Assembly (NCBI GenBank): GCA_046290465.1 | Contig: JBKAGP010000001.1 | Location: forward strand, 6,368,001-6,432,000 | DNA: 64,000 nt | Direction: 5' to 3' | DNA from: Planctomycetota bacterium | GTDB lineage: Bacteria; Planctomycetota; UBA1135; UBA2386 | Part shown: positions 20,541 to 32,591 of the stretch, one piece after another | Numbering within the stretch: position 1 is the first letter of the stretch | Layout of the letters: every line of letters begins with the position of its first letter | Translations under genes and position numbers: made by a program | The notes under the pieces: generated by a model | The model's database searches: none | What the model was told of the DNA's origin: nothing | The model's input: the letters and a program-made list of their open reading frames with translations, nothing else

Positions 20541-22256
20541 ATGCAAAAGATCCTCTGTGGCGCGCTGGCGACGGCGCTCTGTTCGATGGCTGCCGCGCAG
20601 GTCGGCAACGCCTTCTTCGTGTCTCCGGCCGGTAGTGATTCCAATTTCGGGATCTCGCCGACGCAGGCGTTCCGAACCCTCGGTCAGGCCGTCAGCGTTG
20701 CGACGGGTCCCGGCCCGTACAGCATCCATCTGCGTGCCGACGGCACCTATGCGGCGCCGGCGTCCCTGCAAACGAACGGCATCTCGATCGTCGCCTACCA
20801 GGCCGTTGCCGGACAGCGACCGCGGATCACGGGCACGCTGCGTGTCGACGATGCGACCTATGCGGGCGCGACGGCCTCGCGGCTCGAGAACCTGACCCTC
20901 GAGAACGTCGTCCTGCCCAGCGGCGGCAGCGTTGAGATTCGTCGGTGCCTGTTCGACTACGCCGCGGCAAACCCGAATGGCGCGGACCCTCGCAACATCG
21001 CGATCGCCGTCGAGCGGCCCGACGGGACCGAGTCGACCCACGTGATCGAGTACTGCGAGTTCACGCCGGCAGCGACGGGCACCAACTACAACATCGGGAT
21101 CCAGAACTTCGGCACCGGCCCGGTCGATCCGGAGGGCGTCAGCAGCCTGCTGATCCGCTCCAATCAGTTCACGAACGTCTTCTCCGCCATCCAGATGCAG
21201 TCGGATGACGACGACAACTGCTATCCGAGGATCGCTTCGAACGCCGTTCGTCGCTCGCAGCGCGTGATGTACTTCGAGCACTGCGCACCGTTCTGCGTGA
21301 ACAACTCGGTCGACGAGTTCGTCTTGCACGGTGCCGGATACGACGGCTCGGCGGAGACGTGGGGCATCCGCTTCGAGAGTTGCGCATCGTTCGAGTGCTC
21401 GAACAACATCGTCTGGTTCGTCGACCCGAACGCGACCGGCAACGACGACATCATCGTGTCGCAGTCGACCGGTGTGCTGCGCAAGAACCACCTCTCCGAC
21501 CGCCCGCTCACGACCTACCCGTACGTGGCGGGTGCCTTCCCGAGGATCCCGTTCTCCAGCGCTCGTGCGACGGGGGGCAACGCGACCATCGTGCAGGCCC
21601 CGGCAACCATGACCGTCCCATTCGGGTCGGGCAGCGTGCGGGTCGACGTGCCGGTCGATTTCGAGGGCGACATGAGGACCACGCAGGCTGCTTCGGGGGC
21701 CGCGCCGACGGTGGCGCAGGGCGCCGACCAGGTCAACCAGGCCAGTGGGGCGGCGCCGTTCCATCGGCTCGCCCTCGACGTCGCCGCGTCGAACGGTGCC
21801 GTGGATGCGGTCGGCAACTGGTTCTTGTCGGACGATGGTTCGGGCAGCCTGTCGACGCAGCCCGTCGTGCTCAGCTCGACCGGCTTGTTGCCCGGCACGT
21901 CGGCGGCTCCGGCAACGGCCCTGCTCTATGCCAACGTGCTTCCCACCGGTTCTGTATCGCCGTGGAGCGCCGTCAACCTGCACGCCTTCGACAGCACCCT
22001 CGGTTCGGTCACCTTCCTGCCCTCGGTGACCAACGACCAGGCCAATGCCGGCGCGCTGGTCGTCGACGGCTTTCCGGTGATCCAGTACCCGGCCGCAGGC
22101 GTGACGAATGCGACGTGGACGATCCCGTCGTTCACTCCGAACGGCGCGCTGATCGGGCTGGAAGTCCACCTGCAGGTCGCCTCGATCGCGAGTTCCGTGC
22201 ACGGCATGGCCTCCAATCGGGTGACGCTGCGGCTGACCCTCGATCCGGCCTACTGA
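20541..22256 (+). CDS. Secreted DUF1565/right-handed beta-helix-like protein with C-terminal domain
   Basis: Signal peptide ending AAAQ, FFVSPAGSDSNFGISPTQAFRTLGQA (DUF1565-like start), Asn-rich beta-helix-like strands and a DFEGDMR...GADQ motif. Confidence 0.65.
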   Translation: MQKILCGALATALCSMAAAQVGNAFFVSPAGSDSNFGISPTQAFRTLGQAVSVATGPGPYSIHLRADGTYAAPASLQTNGISIVAYQAVAGQRPRITGTLRVDDATYAGATASRLENLTLENVVLPSGGSVEIRRCLFDYAAANPNGADPRNIAIAVERPDGTESTHVIEYCEFTPAATGTNYNIGIQNFGTGPVDPEGVSSLLIRSNQFTNVFSAIQMQSDDDDNCYPRIASNAVRRSQRVMYFEHCAPFCVNNSVDEFVLHGAGYDGSAETWGIRFESCASFECSNNIVWFVDPNATGNDDIIVSQSTGVLRKNHLSDRPLTTYPYVAGAFPRIPFSSARATGGNATIVQAPATMTVPFGSGSVRVDVPVDFEGDMRTTQAASGAAPTVAQGADQVNQASGAAPFHRLALDVAASNGAVDAVGNWFLSDDGSGSLSTQPVVLSSTGLLPGTSAAPATALLYANVLPTGSVSPWSAVNLHAFDSTLGSVTFLPSVTNDQANAGALVVDGFPVIQYPAAGVTNATWTIPSFTPNGALIGLEVHLQVASIASSVHGMASNRVTLRLTLDPAY

Positions 22257-22409
22257 GATGTCCTGCTGAGGGAGCCTGCTCCGCGGCTCCGATTGGCGGG
22301 GCGGATCGGTCCGCGCTCCAGCGAGAGCGGCATGGGCGGCGGATCGACGGCGGTTCGCCCGTTCCCTGGCTCGATCTGGGCCGCCCCTCGCCGTAGAATC
22401 GCGCGGCCC

Positions 22410-23393
22410 ATGAGCGACTCCTCGACCAAGCCGGCCGTGCAAGACGGCCTCGCCTTCGAGCGGCCCCTGACCGACCTGCAGACCAAGATCGACGAGTTGC
22501 GCAGCCTCAACAGCGGCTCGCACCTCGAACTGCAGGGGGAGATCGAGCTGCTCGAAGAGCGGCTCAAGCGGCAGACCGAGGAGGTCTACGCCGGGCTGTC
22601 GCCGTGGGAGCGCGTCAACGTCGCGCGCCACGCCGACCGCCCGCTGACCCAGGACTACATCACGATGATGCTCGACGACTTCGTCGAGCTGCACGGCGAC
22701 CGCGTCTACGGCGACGACCGCGCGATCGTGACGGGCCTGGCGACGATGGGGGAGCACCGCTTCCTGCTGGTCGGCCACCGCAAGGGCAAGACGGTCAAGG
22801 ACCGGCTGGCGTGCAACTTCGGCTGCGCGCACCCCGAGGGCTACCGCAAGGCGCTCGAGAAGATGAAGCTCGCGCAGAAGCTGAAGCTGCCGATCATCAC
22901 GTTCATCAACACCCCGGGCGCCTACCCCGGCATCGGCGCCGAGGAGCGCGGCCAGGCCGCGGCGATCGCGCGCAACATCCTCGAGATGTTCGCGATCGAG
23001 GTGCCGATCATCTCGCTGGTGATCGGCGAGGGCGGTTCGGGCGGCGCGCTCGGCATCGGCGTCGGCGACCGCGTCGGCATGATGGAGAACAGCTACTACT
23101 CGGTGATCTCGCCGGAGGGTTGCGCCGCGATCCTGTGGAAGAGCGGCGAGAAGGCGCCGGAGGCCGCCGAGGCGCTCAAGCTGACCAGCAAGGACCTGCT
23201 GCGGCTGGGGCTGGTCGACAAGGTGATCGACGAGCCGCTCGGTGGCGCGCATCGCGACAACAAGGGTGCGATCGCCAACGTGCGCGCACAGCTCGAGCAG
23301 TGGCTGGTCGAGCTGAAGGCGCTGCCGACCGCGGAATTGCTGGAGCAGCGCTACCAGAAGTTCCGCCACATGGGCACGCCGGTCGAGGTCTAG
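22410..23393 (+). CDS. accA: Acetyl-CoA carboxylase carboxyltransferase alpha subunit
   Basis: ELHGDRVYGDDRAI, PEGYRKA, TPGAYPGIGAEERGQ, GEGGSGGAL, YSVISPEGCAAILW, IDEPLGGAH. Confidence 0.97.
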   Translation: MSDSSTKPAVQDGLAFERPLTDLQTKIDELRSLNSGSHLELQGEIELLEERLKRQTEEVYAGLSPWERVNVARHADRPLTQDYITMMLDDFVELHGDRVYGDDRAIVTGLATMGEHRFLLVGHRKGKTVKDRLACNFGCAHPEGYRKALEKMKLAQKLKLPIITFINTPGAYPGIGAEERGQAAAIARNILEMFAIEVPIISLVIGEGGSGGALGIGVGDRVGMMENSYYSVISPEGCAAILWKSGEKAPEAAEALKLTSKDLLRLGLVDKVIDEPLGGAHRDNKGAIANVRAQLEQWLVELKALPTAELLEQRYQKFRHMGTPVEV

Positions 23394-23494
23394 TGGGCTG
23401 GCCCGCCGTGGTTTGCGGCGACATATCTGCGACCGGGAGTTTTTGGTCGGCGCCCACACTGAGGGGGGCTCGTCCGTAGACTGACGGACCGAGC

Positions 23495-24178
23495 ATGGAA
23501 GCCAAACGCTCCTTTTCCTCCAACGCCGCGCGCGCCCGCGCCGGCTCGACCGACGCCTGGAGCGGCCTGCCGAGCCGCCTGCCGGCGTTGGTGCACGAGC
23601 TGGCCAGCGACGGCGCCGTCAGCGACGCCGAACTGGTCCGCCGCAGCCTCAGTGGCGAGCACGATCCGTTCGCCGCGCTGGTCGCCCGCTACCAGAAGCG
23701 CGCCTTCTGGATCGCGTTCCACGTCGTCGGCCGCGTCGAGGACGCGCGCGACATCAGCCAGGAAGCCTTCGTGCGGCTGTTCCGGTCCCTGGACCGCTAC
23801 GACTACGCGCGCAGCTTCTACACGTGGTTCTACCGGATCGTCATGAACCTGGCGATCGACCAGCTGCGCAAGCGCAAGAGCTCCAAGGCGAGCAGCAGCC
23901 TCGACGAGATGCCGGGCGCGATGCCGGACGAACGCGAGGGCGAGGCGCACCAGCCGCTCGAGCGCGCCGAGCAGAACGACCAGGTCTGGGAGGTGCTCGA
24001 CACGCTCGACGCCAAGTTCCGGGCGGTGCTGGTCATGCGCGACATCCACGGCCTGAGCTGCCGCGAGATCGCGCCGATCCTCAAGGTCACGCACGCGACC
24101 GCGCGCTGGCGTCTGCACCGCGGCCGCCAGATGTTCCGCGACCACTGGGAGCGTCGCTACGGGGAGGAGCAGCGATGA
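23495..24178 (+). CDS. ECF sigma-70 factor
   Basis: Region 2 DARDISQEAFVRLFRSL..FYTWFYRIVMNLAID and region 4 GLSCREIAPIL..TARWRLHRGR. The true start may be further downstream. Confidence 0.9.
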   Translation: MEAKRSFSSNAARARAGSTDAWSGLPSRLPALVHELASDGAVSDAELVRRSLSGEHDPFAALVARYQKRAFWIAFHVVGRVEDARDISQEAFVRLFRSLDRYDYARSFYTWFYRIVMNLAIDQLRKRKSSKASSSLDEMPGAMPDEREGEAHQPLERAEQNDQVWEVLDTLDAKFRAVLVMRDIHGLSCREIAPILKVTHATARWRLHRGRQMFRDHWERRYGEEQR

Positions 24179-24912
24179 TCCCGTCGCCGTTGCCAGACGT
24201 GTGCCAGCGCATCTCGCCGCTGCTCGCCGGCTTCGTCGGCGAGGAGTTGCCGCAGGAGCAGTTCGAGCAGGTGCAGGACCACCTGCGGGACTGCACCGGC
24301 TGTCGTCGCGAGGCCGCCGACTACCTGCAGGCCAACAAGGCGCTGCAGAGCGCCGCGTTCGCCGTGGCCGAACGGGACGAGGTGCCGTTCGACGAGATGC
24401 ACCACCAGATCCTGCAGGCGGTCGATCGCGAGGCCGACCAGATGGCGGCGCGTCGTGAGCCGGTCTGGGGCATGCGGCTGATGGTGTTCGCCGCCGCCGT
24501 GATGCTGGCGTCGTTCGGCTTCTGGCTGGCGGCGCGCGACCAGGTCGAGGACCCGATCTGGAAGCGGCCGGGCAGCACCGCGCCGGCGTTCTCCGGCCCG
24601 GTCGCGGACCACGTCGTGGTGCCGTATGCGGGCCAGCCGGCGGAGATCCAGCCGGTCGGGCTCGACCAGCCGGGTGCGGTCGAGGTCGGCGTGCCGCCGG
24701 GCATGGGGGGGCGTGGCTCGCTGCGTCACGACGTCGAGATCCTGCCGCCGGTGCAGTACGACCGGGTCGAGACCCAAGAGGCGGAAGGCCAGCAGGCGGA
24801 AGGCCAGCAGAAGGGCGACCAGAAGGGTGACGGCCAGAAGGGTGACAGCCAGAAGGGTGACGGCCAGAGGGGCAGCACCAAGGCCAAGACCGACCTGCGC
24901 CGCGTTCGCTGA
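24175..24912 (+). CDS. Zinc-binding (ZAS/zf-HC2) transmembrane anti-sigma factor
   Basis: HLRDCTGC (HxxxCxxC), one TM segment, ATGA overlap with the ECF sigma gene. Confidence 0.85.
   Translation: MIPSPLPDVCQRISPLLAGFVGEELPQEQFEQVQDHLRDCTGCRREAADYLQANKALQSAAFAVAERDEVPFDEMHHQILQAVDREADQMAARREPVWGMRLMVFAAAVMLASFGFWLAARDQVEDPIWKRPGSTAPAFSGPVADHVVVPYAGQPAEIQPVGLDQPGAVEVGVPPGMGGRGSLRHDVEILPPVQYDRVETQEAEGQQAEGQQKGDQKGDGQKGDSQKGDGQRGSTKAKTDLRRVR
24778..24872 (+). repeat. Imperfect 12-15-bp coding tandem repeat (AEGQQ / QKGDG)
   Basis: gcggaaggccagcag x2 followed by (g)ccagaagggtgac(g/a) units at the 3' end of the anti-sigma gene. Confidence 0.8.
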
Positions 24913-25022
24913 AGCGGCGCGGCAACGGCTCGCAAGGGCCAGTCCGCAAAGGCCAGTGGGGAGTCTTGGGCGCGCTGCTGCGTCGTGCTGCGCCGAGAGC
25001 CTGACCCCGCTCCACAGAACCT

Positions 25023-26252
25023 ATGCGAACGATCCTGCTGACCAGCGCGCTTCTGTCCACCTTGGCCTTCGCCCAGGAGCAGAAGCCGTCTCCTTCCGTC
25101 GAAGTCCGCGCCGTCGAAGGCGCCGCCAAGTGGATCCAGCAGCTCGGCAGCGATAGCTACCGCGACCGGCTGCAGGCCGAGAACGAGCTGCGCAAGCTCG
25201 GCGAGACCGCCAGGAAGGCGCTCGAGGCGGCAGCCAAGGATGACGGCGACAGCGAGGTGCAGTGGCGCGCCAAGCGCCTGCTTCGTCAGATCGGCAAGGC
25301 GAACGCGCGCGACGCCGGAGACGGCGCCGGCCGTGGCCTCGTCGAGCGCGGCCGCGATCGCGCGCCAGAGGGGCGCGAGCCCGAGATCGTCGAGCGGGGC
25401 GAGCGGCGCGGTGCGCCGCGCGACCTCGGCGACATGCGCGCCGAGTTCGACCGCATCTTCAAGCGCTTCGAAGAGATGGGCCTCGACGTGCCGAGCCGCC
25501 GCTTCTTCGACGAGCCGTTCTTCAAGGACCTCGAATCGCAGCTCGATCGCGGCCCCGCCGGCGCGCGTGCCGGGCAGAGCATGAACGTGCAGATCGGTCC
25601 CGATGGCGTGCGCGTCGAGGTGACCGATGCCGGCGAGGACGGCAAGCCCGAGACCAAGGTCTACGAGGCCGAGGACATGGAGGCGTTCCAGAAGAAGCAC
25701 CCGGGCGTGCTGAAGGGCAACGGCCTGCGCATGGGCTTCGGCGGGCCGGGGCTCGACCTCGACCTCGACAACCTGCGCGGCCGCGTCGGCGAGCTGCAGC
25801 GCGGCTTCGACTGGGACCTGGTCCGACCGCGCGTGCTGCGCCTGCCGCAGGCCGGCGAGGTCGAACTGGACGAACTGCCGGCGGCGCCGATGCCGCAGCG
25901 CGGCCGTCGCCTGGGCATCACCACCAAGCCGATCCCCGACGCGCTGCGTGACTACCTGGAGCTGGGTCCGAAGGGCCTGATGGTCGGTGAGGTGCAGGAT
26001 GGCACGCTGGCCAAGGCCTGCGGCCTGCAGGTCGACGACATCGTCGTCGCGATCGGTGGCAAGGAGATCGCCTCACCGGCGGACGTCGCCGAGGCGCTCG
26101 GCGCGATCAGCAAGGGCACGACCGTGCGCGTCGAATACGTGCGTCGCGGCCAGCGCAAGACCGCCGAGGCCGAGAAGCAGCACGACGCCGCGCCGAAGCG
26201 CGAGCCGATCAAGCCCGCCGCCACCCCGAAGCCGCGCCAACGGATCCGCTGA
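25023..26252 (+). CDS. Exported PDZ-domain protein with N-terminal HEAT-like helix pair
   Basis: Signal peptide ending AFAQ, IQQLGSDSYRDRLQAENELRKLG, and C-terminal PDZ RRLGI..GLMVGEV..LAKACGLQVDDIVVAIGG..VRRG. Confidence 0.8.
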   Translation: MRTILLTSALLSTLAFAQEQKPSPSVEVRAVEGAAKWIQQLGSDSYRDRLQAENELRKLGETARKALEAAAKDDGDSEVQWRAKRLLRQIGKANARDAGDGAGRGLVERGRDRAPEGREPEIVERGERRGAPRDLGDMRAEFDRIFKRFEEMGLDVPSRRFFDEPFFKDLESQLDRGPAGARAGQSMNVQIGPDGVRVEVTDAGEDGKPETKVYEAEDMEAFQKKHPGVLKGNGLRMGFGGPGLDLDLDNLRGRVGELQRGFDWDLVRPRVLRLPQAGEVELDELPAAPMPQRGRRLGITTKPIPDALRDYLELGPKGLMVGEVQDGTLAKACGLQVDDIVVAIGGKEIASPADVAEALGAISKGTTVRVEYVRRGQRKTAEAEKQHDAAPKREPIKPAATPKPRQRIR

Positions 26253-26355
26253 TCCGTCGTTCTGGTTCCGCGACAGGACCTCTCCAACCGGCGGGAGTCG
26301 GTCGGTCGGGAATCGTCATGGAGCCGAACTCGCGGAACCGAACCCAACGACCGGG

Positions 26356-27417
26356 TCAGGTGCTGGTGGCTTCGCGCAGGCGGAGCTGGCCGCAGGCGGC
26401 CGAACGGTCGGCGCCGCGCTGGCGGCGGACGGTGACGTTGAGGCCGCCGTGGCGGAGGTGGTCGGCGAACGCGTCGACGCGGTGGGGCTGCGGCCGCTGC
26501 AGGCCGTGCTGTTCGACGATCTCGTCGACCGGGTTCCACGGGATCAGGTTGACCGTGCACGGCATGCCGCGCAGCACGTCGATCATCACGTTGGCGTCCT
26601 GGCGACGGTCGTTCCTGCCCTCGAGCAGCACCACCTCGTAGGTCACCTCGCGGCCCTTCTGGCCGAAGTAGGCGTGCGCGGCCTGCACGATCTCGCGCAC
26701 CGGGCTGGTCGCGGTCGGCACCAGCTCCTTGCGCAGCGCGTCGTCGGCGGCGTGCAGGGAGACGGCGAGGTTGTAGCTCGGGTCGGCTTCGGCGAAGCGC
26801 TGCAGCTGCCGCGGGTAGCCCGACGTGCTGACGGTGATCCGGCGGGCGCCGAGGCCGATGCCGTCCGGGTCGTGGATGCGCTGCAGCGCCGGCAGCAGGC
26901 CGTCGAGGTTGAGCATCGGCTCGCCCATGCCCATCACCACCAGGTTGGTCAGCTTGCGGCCGTCGAGCCGGCTGCGCGCGACCAGCACCTGCTCGGCGAT
27001 CTCGCCGGCGCTCAGGTTGCGGCGCACGCCGAACATGCCCGACGCGCAGAACACGCAGCCGACCGGGCAGCCGACCTGGGTCGAGATGCACAGCGTGGTG
27101 CGTTCGCCGTCCGGGATGATCACGCACTCGACGGTGTCGCCGTCGGGCAGGCGTAGCAGCAGCTTCTCGGTGCCGTCGTCGGCCAGGTCGCTCTTGGCCA
27201 GCTCGGTCGCGCGCACCGTGTGGCCGGCCGACAGCGCGTCCTTGAGCTTCTGCGGCACGTTGCGCATGCCGTCGAGGTCCTCGACGCCGTGCTTCCACAG
27301 CCAGTGCGAGACCTGGCGCGCCTGGAACGGCTTGCCGCCCAGTTCGACGACCAGCTGGTTGAGCTCGTCGTCGGTCAGGTCGGTCAGCGGACGCGCGGCA
27401 GCGGGGGAGTCGCTCAC
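26356..27417 (-). CDS. rlmN: 23S rRNA/tRNA m2A radical-SAM methyltransferase
   Basis: CISTQVGCPVGCVFC, VMGMGEP, ITVSTSG, LAVSLHA, NLIPWNP, AACGQL. Confidence 0.96.
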   Translation of the reverse strand: MSDSPAAARPLTDLTDDELNQLVVELGGKPFQARQVSHWLWKHGVEDLDGMRNVPQKLKDALSAGHTVRATELAKSDLADDGTEKLLLRLPDGDTVECVIIPDGERTTLCISTQVGCPVGCVFCASGMFGVRRNLSAGEIAEQVLVARSRLDGRKLTNLVVMGMGEPMLNLDGLLPALQRIHDPDGIGLGARRITVSTSGYPRQLQRFAEADPSYNLAVSLHAADDALRKELVPTATSPVREIVQAAHAYFGQKGREVTYEVVLLEGRNDRRQDANVMIDVLRGMPCTVNLIPWNPVDEIVEQHGLQRPQPHRVDAFADHLRHGGLNVTVRRQRGADRSAACGQLRLREATST

Positions 27418-27423
27418 GCGCGC

Positions 27424-28755
<1,332 letters not shown>

Positions 28756-28833
28756 TCGTTTCCTTGCGGGGATGCGCCCGATGGCGCCGACCCGATCCCC
28801 ATCCTAGCCCATGGGGACCGGGCCTTCACGGCC

Positions 28834-29433
<600 letters not shown>

Positions 29434-29481
29434 GGGCTCGTTTGCTCCTGGAGACGCCCCCGGCCGAGTCCGGGCCTGCGT

Positions 29482-30795
29482 CTAACTGCCAGTCTTATCG
29501 ACGACCTGGCCGTTCTCTCTGAGGAATTCGCGAACCTTGCGCTCCAGCAGCGACAGTTGCAGCTCGCCGAGGCGGTTCTGCTCCTTGAGGTGCGCGAACA
29601 CCTGAGCGGACGTGATCTGCTGTTCGGGACCACTGTTGGCCTGGGCGATCGCCTCCAGCTCGGCCTGCATGTCGGCTTCTTCGACAGTCAGGTCCTGCTG
29701 CTGGGCGACGGCTTCGACCAGGAAGAACGTGCGCACACGCCGCTCAGCGTCCTGATGGGCCTCGTCCTTCGATTGTTCCAGCCTGTTCTTGATCTCGTCT
29801 TCGCCCATGCCCTCCTGCTGGAGGCGCTGCGCGTAGGCGCCGAGCGACGCCTGCTGCTGCTCCTCGATCAGGGACGGCGGCAGCGCGATCTCGGCCTTCT
29901 CGGCGAGGAACTCGATCGCGGCGTCCTCCTGGCGCTGCTTGCCCAGGCGCAGCTTCTCCTGCGAGATCCGACCGCGCAGGTCGTCGCGCATCTGCTCGAG
30001 GCTCTCGAACTCCATGCCCTTGGCCAGCTCGTCGTCGATCGGCGGCGGCGCGACCCGCATCACCTCGTGCAGCTTCACCTTGACCTTGCCCTCCTGGCCG
30101 CGGACCGCCTCCTTCTCGAAGTTGTCCGGGAACTTGATGGTCATCTCGCGCTCGTCGCCGGCCTTGCCGCCGACCAGCGCCTCCGAGTAGGCGTCGCCCT
30201 CGACGCCGTTGATCGGGATGCGGGTGTTGAGCTGCACGCCGGTCTTGGTGTGCACGTCGTTGCCGTCGGCGTCGACGAACGTGTAGTCGCACTTGACGAA
30301 GTCGCCGTCCTCGACCGCCTCGTCGACGCTCTGGATCTTGCGCTTCTGGTGCGCGATCTCCTTCAGCGCGTTGTCGATGTCCTCGTCGTTCGCCTCCTCC
30401 TCGAACGCCGGGATCTCGATGCCCTTGGCGTCCGGGATCTCGAACTCCGGCTTGACGTCGAGTTGCGCGGTGAACTCGAGGCCCTCACCGTTCTTGACCT
30501 CGAGCGTCTCGAAGTCGTCGACCTTGACGCGGCCGATCGGCTGCAGCTCGTTCTCGCGGCAGGCCTCGCCGACGTAGCGGTTGAGCAGCTGCTCCTTCGC
30601 CTCGTGCAGGATGGCGTCGCCGTGCATCTTCTCGATCATCTTGCGCGGGACCTTGCCCGGCCGGAAGCCCTTGACCTGCACCTGCTGGGCGGCCGACGCG
30701 TAGACCTGATCCAGGTGCTCCGTGACCTGTTCGGGCGTGATCTTGATCTGCAGGCTGCGGCTGCAGGGGCCGGTTTCGGCGACCTGGACTTCCAT
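29482..30795 (-). CDS. tig: Trigger factor
   Basis: Ribosome-binding signature GFRPGKVP, FKBP-like middle region, canonical tig-clpP-clpX order. Confidence 0.93.
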   Translation of the reverse strand: MEVQVAETGPCSRSLQIKITPEQVTEHLDQVYASAAQQVQVKGFRPGKVPRKMIEKMHGDAILHEAKEQLLNRYVGEACRENELQPIGRVKVDDFETLEVKNGEGLEFTAQLDVKPEFEIPDAKGIEIPAFEEEANDEDIDNALKEIAHQKRKIQSVDEAVEDGDFVKCDYTFVDADGNDVHTKTGVQLNTRIPINGVEGDAYSEALVGGKAGDEREMTIKFPDNFEKEAVRGQEGKVKVKLHEVMRVAPPPIDDELAKGMEFESLEQMRDDLRGRISQEKLRLGKQRQEDAAIEFLAEKAEIALPPSLIEEQQQASLGAYAQRLQQEGMGEDEIKNRLEQSKDEAHQDAERRVRTFFLVEAVAQQQDLTVEEADMQAELEAIAQANSGPEQQITSAQVFAHLKEQNRLGELQLSLLERKVREFLRENGQVVDKTGS

Positions 30796-31075
30796 GATGA
30801 TCGGTGCGGGCGGGACTGCTCGGAGGGCCGCGGTGGCGGCGTTGGGCGCGCTGCGGCGGGGTCGCCACGGCGCGAAAAGGCCGAGCATCTTGGCGGTCGG
30901 GGGGGCCAGGGTCAAGCTGGCAACGGGCCGGGTGGCTGCCGGCGGGCGCCGGACCTGCGCGTCGCGCCGGAATCGGGGCTGGGCGACCGGCTCCGGCCGC
31001 CTGGCCGCTGGCCGCCATCTGGCAGGCAGCGCGGTGCCTGCCGGGCGGCTGCCAGCCGACAGGACGCCGCCGGCG

Positions 31076-32380
31076 CTACTTCGGGGCCCGGCTCTTGCGC
31101 AGCTGCTTCAGGAACGACTGCACGCGGTCGTGCTTCATCGCCTCCGCGAACGGCTCGTCGTAGCCGGCCAGCTGCTCGAACTCCTCCGGCGTCATGCCCG
31201 AGGCCTTCATGTGCTTGACCACGTTCTGGATCTTGCGGCGCCGGGCCTCGCTCTTCAGCAGGCCCTGGTAGGCGCGGCGGGTCATCGCGGCGCCGTCGGC
31301 GTGCTCGACGATCTTCTCGTAGTCGTCGGCCGCATCGTCGAACTCGCCGATCGCGAACAGCAGCGTCGCGCGCTGCTCGTAGAGCGAGGCCTCGCGCTTG
31401 CGCCGGCGCAGCTTGTCGTCGAGCGTGCGCTTCAGCCGGACCACGCCGTTCTTGTCGCCCAGCTCGCGCAGCGACACCGCCGAGAACACCGCGATCGAGC
31501 TGGTGTCGTTGCTCTCGACCATCTCGTGCAGCTTGCGCATGGTCGGTTCGTGCCGTTCGGGCGCGACCGTGGCCAGCGCCTTGACCAGGCTCAGCGTGTC
31601 CTGCCAGTCGATGCGGTCGCGATCGAGCAGCGGCAGCAGCGCCAGCGCGGCGGCCTCGTCGCGGCGCACGCACGCGGCGAAGTAGTCGATGTAGCCGGAC
31701 AGCAGCCGGTCGTCGCTCTCGGTGCTCAGCGCCTGCACGACGATCGGCGCGACCTGGTCGGCCTTGGCGGCGACCAGGTAGGCGAGCACGTCCTCGCGCA
31801 GCCGACGCTCGCTGGCGCCCAGCAGCGGCACGACCTTGGGCGCGGCGCTGCGCGCCTCGAGCCGGCGCAGCGACTGGATCACGCCGAGCCGGTCCTCCTT
31901 CTTGGTCTTGTCGATCAGGTCGACCAGCACCGCGACCGCCTGCGGCACCTGCGCGTGTCCCAGCAGCCGGATCGCCTCGGCGCGCGCGACGCTGTGCGAA
32001 CCGCGCGTCAGTTCGGCGAGCGCATCGACGAACGAACCGGGATCGAGCCGCTGCAGCACCCGCCGGCAGTTGCCGGCCAGGTTGCGCGCGGTGTCGGTGT
32101 TCTGGGCCGGCTGCAGCTTCTCGAGCAGCAGCGGCACCACGCTGTCGCCGAGCTGCGCGGCCTCGGCGATGCGGCCGTCGAGGAACTCGCGGTTGTTGCC
32201 GTAGTCGAGCGACAGGTCCGCCCAGAACGGCTCCAGCGCCGCGACCTGCTTGGGCCGCAGCCGTTCGGCGCGCGCGCGCGCCACTTCGGGCAGATCGCGG
32301 AGCGAGACCTGGGCCGAGGCGGCGGCGAACGGGATCAGGATCAGGACGGTGGCGAGCAGAGGGGTCGGGCGCACGCGCAT
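31076..32380 (-). CDS. Exported HEAT-repeat + TPR protein
   Basis: Signal peptide ending ASAQ, HEAT-like ARAEAIRLLG..AVAVLVDL, TPR-like LYEQRATLLFAIGEFDDAADDY. Confidence 0.7.
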   Translation of the reverse strand: MRVRPTPLLATVLILIPFAAASAQVSLRDLPEVARARAERLRPKQVAALEPFWADLSLDYGNNREFLDGRIAEAAQLGDSVVPLLLEKLQPAQNTDTARNLAGNCRRVLQRLDPGSFVDALAELTRGSHSVARAEAIRLLGHAQVPQAVAVLVDLIDKTKKEDRLGVIQSLRRLEARSAAPKVVPLLGASERRLREDVLAYLVAAKADQVAPIVVQALSTESDDRLLSGYIDYFAACVRRDEAAALALLPLLDRDRIDWQDTLSLVKALATVAPERHEPTMRKLHEMVESNDTSSIAVFSAVSLRELGDKNGVVRLKRTLDDKLRRRKREASLYEQRATLLFAIGEFDDAADDYEKIVEHADGAAMTRRAYQGLLKSEARRRKIQNVVKHMKASGMTPEEFEQLAGYDEPFAEAMKHDRVQSFLKQLRKSRAPK

Positions 32381-32591
32381 CGCTGCAGTGTAGGCCTTGG
32401 TGGGGGGCGTTGGCCAGCGGGCGCCTTCAGTCGCCGCGCGGAGCGTCCGATGAGAAGGGCATGTGGAACTACGTGCTGCGACACCGCATCCTGCTGCGCG
32501 CCATCTACGCGCGCTCCGAGGCCCTCGAGGCGGCCTGAGCGATCGGCGCGCCGGCCTTGCGGATCTGCCCGTCTGGCTTAGCGTCAGGTGC

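Noticed and set aside
23468..23494. Hairpin immediately before the ECF sigma ATG as a riboswitch or thermometer
   Set aside because: It is a short GC-rich stem with no recognisable aptamer, and the start codon itself is uncertain.
30796..31075. Possible tRNA upstream of tig (a common arrangement)
   Set aside because: I could not find a T-loop GTTCRA motif or a cloverleaf on either strand.
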